Shown one piece after another: positions 45,601 through 57,312 of a stretch of 64,000 nt of DNA (positions are counted from its first letter, which is position 1; each line of letters begins with the position of its first letter). Where the stretch lies: contig CP154954.1 in NCBI GenBank assembly GCA_039621445.1, forward strand, positions 24,130,954 through 24,194,953, given 5' to 3'. Position numbers and translations under genes: made by a program. Origin of the DNA: Euglena gracilis. Taxonomy: Eukaryota. The notes below the pieces were generated by a model, which ran no database searches, was not told where the DNA came from, and was given only the letters and a program-made list of their open reading frames with translations.

Positions 45601-48600
45601 CAGGTTTTTGGGGGGGGGCTTTAGTGGAAACACCCCAGAATCACGGTGGATTTGCAACCTTGAAGTAGGAATTGCGGACTGGGCGAATCCTGCACCCCCT
45701 TCCTTCAGAACATTCCTTGGAATGTCATTTGGCATTTCGCAGGTCAAATTTGCCAAGTCGAAATTCCAACCTCGCCCTGATCTGCCCTCCCCCCTCATGT
45801 GCCCAAATTATCACCCCCCCATGGGAAGTCATCCCTGGGCCCTTGGGCGGGGCCAAACAAAGATGTACCTCGGAGGTAATTCGGGCAGTCATGAAAAGGG
45901 GTTCCCGATTTTTGTGCCCAAAATTAGGCAGCCCAAAAAAAGGGACTGTGGGCTAAAATCTGGCCAAGGCGGAAAATCTTCAGCTCCAAATGCCTTTATC
46001 CACTGGGCATTTGTGTGCCCCACCGTACTTCTGTGCCCGTGCGGGCAAAACAGAGTACCCCCCCCCATTGTGCCCTGAACCTCCCCCAACTGGGCAATGA
46101 CATCCATCTCTTTGGTGTCTGCCCTGTTTAAGGGTAATTCTGGGCAAATCAAAAGGGGAAAACCCAAAAGCAAAGTACCCCACAGGGCAAATCTCCACAA
46201 ATGGGGCTGGGCAATCACAAACCAAACCAGGAAAATGCTTACACTTGAATTGCAATGAAATCGCAGCAAACAAACAAGGATCAACGCACAGGGAAGGCTT
46301 CAGCGGCTCCTCCTTCTTCCTTTTCTTAGACTGCAATCTTCTGATTCGTTTTTCATTGGATGTCTCCTTTTGTTTCATCTTGTCTTCAGATTGGTTCTGC
46401 CGTTCTTCAGCAGCTTGCACAGCAACTTCCACTCGTGGAATGATTGCAATCTCCTCCACTTCAGCCGCCTGAACACCAACAGATTGCACAGATGAAATTG
46501 TCATGGCAGGGCACTTCTGCTTCTGCAGAACATCCAAAGCCCTGTGTTGTTGGGGCCTGCCCGTGATATTCCATTTTCTCGGGGCCGGCACGCCTTTGTG
46601 TTGGATCTTTTACCCTGCACGGGGTGTTTTCAATTCCCCTCGCGGCTCGTTTCAACAATTGCATTTTCTTTGGTTTTTTTTGAGGGTTTTTTGGGTGAAA
46701 ACAGGTGGGTTGGCTCAATGACCAATCAGAATTGCGGAGGTCGAGAACAGGATTACAAATCGCCTGTGCACCCGCAGCATGACGAGATCTTTTCGCTAAG
46801 ATCACCCCTCTTACCTGCCCCCGCACCTCGCGCCTTATACTATTCTCTAAGCTCGCCCCTTTTACCTTCCCTCCCTTCACCAGCGTGCAAAGACTGTTGC
46901 CTCTGTACATAGCCTTACTCCCCTGAACTCTTCAAATCCAGTAGGCTGTGCCACTGGTCGGTCAACTGACTCCATCTATCCCTGTTCAGGGCTCTGTCAC
47001 ACCGTCAGTTGGTTCGTTCAAGAAATATCTGGGAACAATTATCTGGAACCAATGATTATCTTACCCTTGGTTTGGACTTTGGTACTTTCTTCCTTTGTGG
47101 TTTGCTTGTATTGTGCTGTGTGATGTGGATTGGGTGGACGGGCCCTTCGTTTCCTACTGCACCAGGTTCGGGTCAGGAGGTGCGCTTGAAGAGGTTGTAT
47201 GGTGGACGTGGCTGGCACTTGGCTTGAGGTCCCTACACGGGGGTTCAGCCCCCCTTCGATTGTGTGCGACTTCTGCACCTCCATGGTGGACGTCCGGTAA
47301 TCCGGTAATCCGTAATCCGGTAATGGTTGAGTCAGTAATTTGTAATTCCTAATAAGATTTTCCTAATCCCAGCTAAGGAGTCATCCGGTTGGGTAGGGTC
47401 AGGTTATGTTGTTTTGGGCACTCAGCAACCACCCCCCCCCCACTTATAAACCCCCCGGGGTTAGAAGGATCCGGTTTGGTTGGTCGGCCGAAGGGGGGGG
47501 GTTAGTAAGTGGGGGGGGTTTATAAGTCCCGGAAATCGTGGTGAAAGTCCGAACCCCCCAAATGGCCCCGAAACCCCCCCAAAATGACAATTTTTGGCAA
47601 ATTTGGTCATAAATGGCATTTTTTTTGATGATGGTCGATCTCAAATAAGGGCCAAAAATCAGTCTTTGGGCGGTTTGCGGCGCAAAAAAATCGTCCCCGG
47701 TGGCTTTGATTTTTCTTCCCCAAAGGGGGGGTTTATAAGTCCCGGTTTGGTTGGTCGGCCCGAGGGGGGGGGGGTTAGTAAGTGGGGGGGGTTAATAAGT
47801 GGGGTGGTTAGTAAGTGGGGGGGGTTACCCCTGACTCACACCTGAAAACATACTCTTGCGACACAGGATGTGCATGGTGATCAGCTTCACCTTCAATCAG
47901 AGTCCTTGGACAGCAGTGGACGCCAATCTGTCAACATCTGCAGCTGCTGGATTGCATCTTCTGTACCCATTCTGTCATGGATGTGGTCCATCTTCCCAGA
48001 CCATCTTTCAGCATCTTTCTGGACAGTTCCTTAATGACATCTGGGCTGACCAAGCCCGGGAGCTGACTGATTGTACAGGGTGTACACTGATTGTTCGAGT
48101 GCCCATTATTGGCCTGGACCCAGTGTCTCACTTTTGACCTTTCTGGCATTGAACTTTTCAAAACTTCCAGCACGAGCAAACTGGACTTCTTGAAAGTTCA
48201 AACAGTGACCCACGCATTCAGCGTAAGCATTTTGCTCCCTACAAAACAATTGGCATTCTTCAGTGGCTTGGGGAACGGTGGTGGGGCGAAACGAGTACAC
48301 CGACCAGTGGCACTGCCTACTGGATTTGTCAGTCTGGGGTTGAGGACAAGTACAGATGGGCTGGGCCCATGGTCCGAGGAGGTGAGAGGGTCAGGAGATC
48401 CCGCAATTGGTCACGAAATGGCCAGGGTGCTAGCGTGCGGTCCTGGGTGAGTGGCGGCTGCCCTGAGGGCGTGCCGGTCCGTACTCTGATGGACTGAGGT
48501 TCCGGGGTGTCAGCCCTCAGGCTCCTGCTCGCGGCGTGCTTCGTTTGCGCTGCGTTGGGGTGGCTTTGTGGGCCACCTGCCTCTCGGCTGGTTTTTTGGG

Positions 48601-50898
48601 TGATGTGGCGATAGACGGGGATTGCCACGTTTCCGGCGGTGCTTTCATGGAGGTCAACGAAAGTGCTTCGGGCGCAGCATATGCTACACTTGGCGGAGGA
48701 GGGCCAGTGCCAGCATGTGATAGTTTTTGGCCTGTCGTGTGGAGCTTATATCGCCCTGATCCCAGGCGGTGGTCCGTTTCACCATCCTGGTAAGGATCTT
48801 GGCCCTCTCCGGGCCCAGTCCTCGCCACGTGCCCATGGCTAGCTTGGCGAACGACCAGCCGCCGTTGCGACATGGGACTGTCGTATTTGGTGTGCTTGGC
48901 CTGTTCCCGTCTTTTAAAAAAGGTCCTCCGGCGTTCCCTCGAGCCGCTCCTTTCTGCTGCTTGCCAGCCGTGCGCCACGGTGAGGTCAACCGCTGTAGGC
49001 TTACCATCCTGCCACGTGGCGAGTAACAGGTCGGCTGGCCGGAGAGAGGTGTCTGGTTGGTTGGGCACCGGGCCTTCGCGTTGGACAGTTTGGCCGTTTG
49101 CGGACAGAAGGTTAAACGGAGCGTTCTGGACGGCGTTGTGTCTTTTGGCGAAGTTGTTCCGAATGCAGCACATGTCGTGGTCACCGTGCACGTCGGTAAC
49201 GTTCTGGCAGCCCGCACACGTCCCAGCGGAGTCCGCTAGGGGCAGTCACAGCCACCAGTTCAGCCCGAGGGGGTAGTCTGCCGCATCGACTCTGATGTGG
49301 AGGGCCTTGTTGGGTGCCACTGCCATCCATCCGTGACCGATGCCATGTGCATGTTCCATTAGGCGCGCCTGGTCTCTTGGTGGTATTCGGTTCAGAAGGC
49401 CATACACCGTGGTGCGGTACAGCTGGGTTTGCCACCATCGCTGCGAAGTGTCATTTCAGGAGGCGGAGGCAAAGGACTCGGTGGTCAGCAGCCGTTGGCT
49501 CTCGTGTTGCTGTCGCCCTATCGCGGAGGAGAGGTCATGGCAGGCTGCTGGCATACTCTCTCGGACAGGGCTGCTGCGTATGTGGGGCATGCCACTTTTC
49601 TTGTGTCCGTGGGTGTAGTACTGACACAGAGCCGCAGGGCGGGCAGCGCCCTGACAGGCAGCTGGGATGCGGAGCCCGCATCCCCCATTGGAGAGAGGAA
49701 GGGCCGTTTGCTGTCGTTGTTCTGTGCTGAGCGCCTGCCCAAGGATGTCTTCAAAGGCACCGAAGATAGTCTCCCCGCATCGGGTTACCTCCCCCTGGGC
49801 CCCGTAGGAGTCGGGTGCTCGCCGGAGGTGGTTGACTTTATAACCATCCAGGCAGGACCGGAGGAGGTGATGAGCGAGCTGGGGGTGTGTCACCGAGGTG
49901 ACCAAGTCTGCAGCTTTCTCAATCCTGGCCGTGGCCTCTGCCCAGGCCGCCGCGGTGTGGCCGGTGGTGGTTAGAAAGTCAACCGGGCAACCGAGAACGG
50001 TGATGCCGGAGTCTACGGCCAGGGGCACGTGTTGGAGGTGCTCTCTGTCTGGTATGGCTCCGGCGGCAGGTCCCCAGGCCACGCGTTTGGCCAAGTTCAG
50101 TTGGACCCCCGTTCGTTCGCCCTCCACGCGGAGAAAATCCAGGCATTTCTGTAGCACCGTACGTTCGCCGATCAGTAGCCCGTCGTCGAGGTACCAGGAG
50201 GACCAGAGCAGTTCGGCCGGTTGTGCGATTGTTTCGGCTATGGTGTGTAGCCCAGACGCGAAGCCAACGGGCCCCAGAGGACAACCTTGGTGCGTGCATC
50301 TTGTGGACGACAGCACCCGCCCCTCGCTGAACAAGTGTGCCGGTTGGCCATACGCAAACCGAAAATAGTTGAAAAGGGCGGGTGTGCACGTCTGCGCCTC
50401 TTGGTGTATGACGGTGTGGTCGAGGGTATTGAAGGCGTTCTTCAAATCTACCTGAAGAACCTCCCAGTTCCCCCTGGGGTCCAGCTTCCTGACCAGGTTT
50501 TGGACCGTGATGGCGATGGATTCAGACGCATTGGAGACTCCGACCCCAAATTGGAGGGGGCTTAGCCGAGCTACTTGATCCTTGGCGGCTCCTGTGTGAA
50601 GGAGTGCTTTCCCCACCAATCGGCGAAGGGTTTCGCCCACTGCGATGGGCCGGACGCCGTCGACTTTTTTTCCGCAAGGGGGTCAGGTTTGCGGAGCACC
50701 AGCTGGGGGCATGCTCTGCGGGCAGGTTGCCTTCCACCCATGCGGCAGCAAGCTGGCCCAGTGCCGTGAGAAGGCGGGCGTCATGGCCAGGGCGGCGGAC
50801 AGCGTCTTGCAAGTGGCATGGGCGCAGGCGTGAGGGGGCGGGGGACGACGTGCGCGGGAAGCGGAGGATGGCTTCACGCAAGAGTTCTTCCCATCGAA

Positions 50899-51301
50899 CA
50901 TAGTGGGCATTTTTTAAAAAAAACAACAAAACAACGTGTTTTTTTAAGAAAAACAATAAAAAAACATCAACAAAGACAAAAGGAAAATTTCATTGAAAAG
51001 AACTCGTTATGAAACTCCCAAACCATACTTTGAATCCTACTCAGTTCAAGAACTGCCAAAAATGGTCAAAAACATCCCAAAAAGCAACAAAAATGGAATT
51101 TTATGACTTTTTTCATTTTTTGTGGAAGGAAGTTTTTGGCAGAAATTACCCAGAAGTTGCCAAAATGATTGAAAATGTTCATTCAAAAAATTTTCCATGC
51201 AAAACCCAGTGGGCGTTTTTTTTTAAAAAAAAGCAACGTTAGTATTAAAAAAAAACAAAAAAAACAACGTAAAAAAAAAACAGGCCGGCCGGCCCACTAT
51301 G
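50899..51301. mobile_element. hAT-type MITE inserted in the CRE ORF
   Basis: 10-bp TIR CATAGTGGGC / GCCCACTATG; 8-bp TSD CCATCGAA / CCACCGAA. Confidence 0.85.
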
Positions 51302-52022
51302 CCACCGAATGCGTTGTCCGTCTGGGAAAGGTGGCAGCTTCAGAGGGAAGTTGTTGGGGTTGACCGGCCGGCCCGCCGGGTGTAAGTCTTGCAGTTTGGC
51401 CCAGACCGCGGGGTCGCTGATGCGGTGCGTTCCCTCAGACAGTAGGACCTGCAGGGCTTTGGCTGGGGTTCCTTCCCCGACCAGCGTGCGCGCCCGCCGG
51501 AGCACTGCGTCAGGTACGAACGACGGTTCAGTGCGCACCTTTTTGGCTGTGCGGGTCTCGACTGAGGAGGCGGGCAGATTCGTGGCCTTCCGAAGCTTTG
51601 TCATCAGTGTCAGGTATTGGCCCTGTCTTAAAACCTGTATTCGGCCGCTGCTCGCGACAGTGCGCAGTACCATTTTGGGGAAGGCCATGACCGCGAACAT
51701 GGTGTTGGCGACGTACTCGGTGATAATGTCAGTAAGGGTTTCCGTCACATCGCCCTGGTTCGTGGCCGGAACGTGGAGAACTGTGTTAGCCCGGCAGAGG
51801 AGGATGTCCTGCAGATTGGCCGGCTACGGCTGAATGATGAGGCGCGGGGCACGACCTTGTCGGAGGTCTGAGCCGTTGCCGTTAGGGTCGACGACCATGA
51901 CCGTGGGCATGTCGTCTGTGGGGTATGCCAGGTCCGGAATAGACTCGTGCGGTGAGGGTCTGCTGGGACTGGGCGGCGCTGCGGTGCGCTTCTTACCGAC
52001 GGGGTGCCTGTCGACCTGCCGG

Positions 52023-52202
52023 GGGTCCAGGGTTGCTTTCGATATCGCCACAGGACAGGAGACTCCCTCGGCCCGTCCGGAGGGTTCCCTGCTCGACATG
52101 GTGTCGGTCCGGGAGTGAGTGATGGGTGTGGCGTGTCGCAGGAGTGCACGGAGGTCCGGGGGGGAGGTGGACGTCGCCGCACGTCAGTAAGCTTCTCCTC
52201 CC
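52023..52202 (-). other. Two in-frame 2A-like (StopGo) peptides
   Basis: GRRSLLTCGDVHLPPGP (52152-52202) and GRGSLLSCGDIESNPGP (52023-52073) in ORF 51993-52328. Confidence 0.85.
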
Positions 52203-53932
52203 CGCCAAGGCTGAGCAGACAAAGCATCGGCGGGACTGCAGTAGGGAGTTGCGGCAGCGGGACGCCACGCGGGTGACACGGATTGTGGGTTGGCTCATGA
52301 CCAGCCGTGTGTCGCCGGCTTCGGGCAAGAGGCAGCAACGTTCCCAAGGCCAGTGGGATCCCTTGCAGAAGGGGCATGGATCTTCCGGTGGGAAGCGGGG
52401 GTCCCAGAGCCTATCGCCCCATACGAAGAATCTCCGACCACCTATTACGAGTTCGTATGGCTGCTCAGGGACGGAATTGTCGTGGTCCCATTCGTTGAAG
52501 GGGGGAAGGTCGCGGGAGGAGAGATACGGGACGTGCCGATGCGGGGGTTCAACGGATGGGAGGAGGGAGGGGTGCCTCTCCCCCGTACTCCTGCGTGGAA
52601 GTTAGAGGTGGCGGGTCAATGCACGTCCGCCAGCGGGGTTGGGGCAGGAGCGCGGTGCCGCAGACGCGAAAAAGGGGTGCCCTCGGTGGCAACGTGGAGC
52701 GCAGGGCTACCGTCTGCAGGCAGGGTAGGGGACCAGAGTGTACGTCGAAAGCTTTCCCTTTTCCCCTTTTTGGGACTTTCTGAAAAAGCCTTTCGCTTTC
52801 ACCTTGGTGCGCAGCCTACTTATGGTAGGGAAAAGTCTTTGGAGTAACAAAAAGTGGTTTTCCCCCTTTAACCGAGTTCCACTCCCTGATTCAATGGAAT
52901 GTCGGCCCAGCACGGCAAAATGCACAAACCGAAAAAACGCTCATTTTTGGCGCAAAAACAGTTTTTCTGGGTCCAGGTGGCCCCCAAATTTGAAAAAAGT
53001 TTTTAAGGCCACATCTAAGGCGCAGCACTCAGGACGGAGTCTGCGTCTGAGAGGGCATGACGAAGTCTGTGCACCAATATGGTCCATTGTCGCGCAGTGG
53101 CAGAGCACAGGAAGTGGTGGCAACACAGTGCAGTGGCCGACTTCCCTTTTGCAAGGCTGCAAGTGACCCATCCTACTCCAAGCAGTGGCATTATGGTGGG
53201 GTGCAAGGTGCTGGTGTTTGCTAGTCAGGGACAACGTGGGATGAACCTGCCCAGCCAGCTCATTGTTGAAAAGTGCGACAGGTTCAATTCCAAAGTCCGT
53301 TTGTTTTTTTCAAATGATGTGTTGATGGAATGCTGTGTGTCATGGAATGCTCGCTGCTCATTTTTTCATTTATTCAGAGAGCTTCTTTGGATATCCTGCA
53401 TCCCCCAACAATGTGTTGCACTGGCGCTTCGAAGATGGTGAAGGTATCCGAACACATTGTGGTTGCAGACGTTGACACTGGCATCACTGACCACCCAGAC
53501 ATTTCAGACATCTCAGACAGACATTTCCCTGAATGCCGGCTGGTGATGGTCGTGACCCAGACCTCTGACTTGGGCGGTGTCTGTGGTGGGGATTCCTCCT
53601 CCTGGACAGGCTGGCCCAGTTTGCACCTCCACATTGCCAGAATGCCATGGGATCACCAGCCTGCTTTCGGCACGGGGCACAGTCATTGGTGCCATCAACG
53701 CCCGAACCAACAATGGTGTCGGCGTTGCCTCAGCTGGTTGGGGCAGCCAAAGAGCTTCCTGAACAGCGGGTGCTGGACGATTCCATTGTAAATCACTCCC
53801 CCCCCCCCATGCAACACCCCCTCCAAATCATGAAAGCTGGATTTTTCCACTATTGCAGGCCAGGCTGTATTTTAGTCGGGTTTTGGCCGTGTGCCCTACC
53901 CGGGGGGGGCGGATCAGCAGTGCCTTGGAGTT

Positions 53933-54122
53933 TCATGATGGCCATCTTGGGTCATGATGTCCATCATGGGTCATGATGGCCATCATGGGTCATGATGGCC
54001 ATCAGGGGTCATCATGGGTCATGATGCACATCATGGGTCATGACGGCCATCATGGGTTGTGATGGCCATCGTGGGTCAGGATGGCCATCGTGGGTCAGGA
54101 TGGCCATCATGGGACATGATGG
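53933..54122. repeat. ~19-bp minisatellite (catgatggccatcatgggt)
   Basis: About 9-10 degenerate tandem units with a palindromic core. Confidence 0.85.
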
Positions 54123-55329
54123 GCCTGCCTAGGGAGCCCACCCCCCCGGGTGGGGTTGGCAGCACAGACCCTGGCGCCTTTGGCGCCAGGGAGCCAAAAG
54201 AGCTTTTCAAAGGGATGTTCCTGGGCACAGGCCGAAATCTGACCCCCCGGGGGGTCGTGCCTGCCTGGGCAGGCACCCCAAGGCACTCCGGACCAGGAAA
54301 TTTCTTAAGCCGGAGGGTACCCTACCCCCCGGGGGGGCGTTCCAGCCAGCCAGCAGCTCAAATCCAGCCAGCAGCCCAAATTCGGGCTGGGAGCCCCCCC
54401 CCCCCCGGGGGTCAAGTGAAATAAAGTCGGGTCCAGCCTGGCCAGAGGCCGGGCCAGCCGGCCGCAGGCCGGCCCAGCCGGCCGAAGGCTGGCCGGAAAA
54501 CTGGGCTACCCAGCTCACCTGTCCCTTCATTTTTTCCATCACGGCCCCCCAGCCTTGACCTAGCTCCACTCATCAAAATGTCGAAAATGGCAAAAATGTG
54601 TTAGAAAATATTGTTTTCGTCGACCCAGCCGAGCCCAGCCCCCTCCAGCCCCGGACCCCCCCCCCCCCCCCCCCCCCACCCCCGGGGGGCCCGGTCCAGC
54701 CAGCAGCTCATATCCAGCCAGCAGCCTTTTTGCCAGCCGGAGGCTGGACCCCCCCGCCCCCGGGGGGGTCCTCAAGAAATTCCCTGCTCCGGACCCCCCT
54801 TGGGGTTGGTAAAGAACAGCCTGTTGCGGGCGCGCCGTGGCAGCATTTGGTGAAGTGTGGATTCATGAGCATGGAAGCGTGTGTTACCCACCTGAAGCAA
54901 AATTCTGGGTGCATGTCATTGGGAGCGCCCTCAATATCCTTCCTCAAGGAAAGCCTTTTGCTGACATTGCGGCGTTGGGAGTTGGTGGTGGATACCAAGC
55001 AGACATCAGATGCTATACGCTTGGCAGCAGGCCCCAAGAGGCAAAGCAGAAGACAAAGACTTCAGAAGTTTCTTCTGGAGTCAAGTTCGATTGTTCTGAG
55101 GGTTTTTCCCTCTGACAAAACCAATGGTGAAACTGTGGAAGCTTGACAGTTGAGAATACTACCTGTGGGGGAAGGATAGAAAAGTGCTGACGTGTCCAGG
55201 GGCAGATCCCAGAAGGGTCTGCCACGATTTTACCAACTGGTTTCCACAGTGGTGCGACCGTCACAGAACCCACTCTGCAGATATCCTACAGAGCTGGGAC
55301 GTGCCTGGTACACATCCCCCGCCCAGGGG

Positions 55330-56273
55330 GTTGAGCCCCCGCGTCCCCCCCGCGTCCCCCCCCGCGTCCCCCCCGCGTCCCCACCAAGTGGCTTGGTGTC
55401 CTTTTTTTGTAGAGGCTTTTCGATGAAACCGTCTGAGATTTAGGATTTTTTGTGTGAAAATGTTGGACTACCAGTCAAGCAACCCCTACTGGTTTTGCAA
55501 AGAGTGCCCATTTGCTTCTTCTTTTTTGTTCGGCATAATCAATGCTATTCGTAGACTGTCCCCCCTCAACCATTGCGCACACTTCCATTTTGTATCCTTT
55601 TTTTGTGGACACCGTTCCCATCACCCGTTTTGGCGGATCCATTCCCAAAAATTACCAGCCAAAGTATGCGGGGAACGTTTGTAAAATGCAAGTTTGTCTG
55701 GTTTTCTGGGCCAACGGCTCCGGGAGCGAAAACACCCCATGGAAAAGACATTGCCCCACAGAATTTTTAGGCATGAGTTTGGCCTCGTGGATGGGGCCCA
55801 CAATAAAATTGTCAGCTTCATTGCACCATTTGGATTCATGCATTATTTTTTTAAAAAAAACCCAACTTCACGTTTGGTTTTGATTGAATGAGGGGCTAAT
55901 TCTTAAGAAGGGTGGAATCAACATCAACACAAATACAATCCTTGTCCGAAACTGCACGAGGCAAATTCCTATTTTTATGATATGCCGACAAATTTGGAAT
56001 TTTTTTAGGATGGGGCACTACCCCCCCCCATTTGAACCACCCGAGCATTTGGGTTGGTTAAAAAAAATTTCAGGCACTGAATTTTTTTTGCCCTTGAACC
56101 AATTTACACGTGGCGCGAAGCGCCGAAGGAAAAATTTCAGCGTTTTTGGGTACCTGGAAAATGCGGGCCCGGGTCGGTCAAAAAAATGTTATTTCATGGT
56201 ACCCAGAATGGTGGTGCCCCCGCGTCCCCCCCCGCGTCCCCCCCCGCATCCCCCCCGCGTCCCCAAAACCCCC
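55330..56273. mobile_element. ~0.95-kb insertion next to the B2 PPT, unclassified
   Basis: Absent from B1 (4956-4980 is contiguous); cccccgcgt repeats near both ends. Confidence 0.6.
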
Positions 56274-57312
56274 CCAGGGCTACGCCCGATTTCCTTCATG
56301 GACCAGGGATTCCAATGATGAAATGGGCCAGTTAGGATATCTGACGCTTCCCCGGTGGGGTTCACTTCTACTCCATTCGGTGTCTATCCTTTCCGTACAG
56401 TGGCATCCACGCAAAGCCCAAAAACACGCAAAAGGTTAGCCGCGTTTCGCGGTTACCTATTAGCCGTTTCTGCTTAGGTGGGGTTTGAAAAAGCCCACTG
56501 TGGGAAACGGGGCTTGGCAGGTTTCCCGACAAAATGTCCCATCCACCCACTTTGGGTGTGCCAAAGACACGAGGGGTTGGTCAAGCGTATTCGCTGAAAA
56601 CCCGAGGGGAGAGGTGTGGAAGGGGGGGGGGGCAGGCTCCTATCCTGGTCATACCCGGATAGGGCTCCTAGGCGGTCATATCCGCACTAGGAAATAAAAG
56701 GCTACTTACAAAACCGACTGCCGGCGACAGCTTTGCGAGGGTGGGAGGAAAGTAGGGAGGAGAGGGGGGCTGGCTTAGGCCGGAACAGAATTTTTGCTGT
56801 CTGGCAGCCTTAAACAGCCTTATTAGCCGAAAAGTGACAAGTTGGCCAATTATTACGGCGTGCGCGCTGTGTGCTGTGTGTCACTTAGCGGCTTGCTAGG
56901 TTTCCCGGCTGCCAAGGTCTTCACAGCAGCAGCTCCTTCACGACGCAATAAGAGGCGCTTACCTCTTGCAGACGGTTTCCGTCTGCATGGCCATTGGTAG
57001 AGGGGGTGCCGGGGGGGGGGGTTCTTGGATGCTTCCATCCAGAGCGCAGAGTGTGTGACACAGACCCAGGTTCATCCCAGGGCTGTTTAGCGATTTCCGC
57101 TACCAGTGTACGGTGTATGAATCTCCTGGGGTGTCCAGGCTCCATGAAGGCGCTTACCTTACATGGGCCTGGTAATGCCGTTTCGGCATTACATCCTTTC
57201 CAACCGCCAACAATCGTCGCGGGAGTCCAGGAGATCTTCCACCAGGACCATCTGGAATTGTGGTGGTGGTGGCCTGTCCATGAGCCAGGTTTCTGGCGAT
57301 TCTTAGTCAAAG

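Larger units (their letters stand above)
48517..52400 (-). mobile_element. CRE-clade non-LTR retrotransposon (RT plus restriction-like endonuclease), frameshifted
   Basis: GETLRRLVGK, QFGVG, DLKNAFN, QGCPLGP, WYLDDG, GGCGLR; RHNAV, RPADLL, AVDLTV, K..KY. Confidence 0.88.

Noticed and set aside
45980-46591. 203-aa ORF as DIRS gag
   Set aside because: Position fits but there is no recognisable motif, and the intervening RT is missing.
47423-47835. MITE-like inverted C/G-run structure (similar one at 265-375)
   Set aside because: IRs are mostly homopolymer and no TSD was found.
48260-48520. Spliced-leader RNA gene as the CRE target site
   Set aside because: No recognisable SL exon, poly(A) tail or TSD at the 3' end; the 5' end is cut by element B2.
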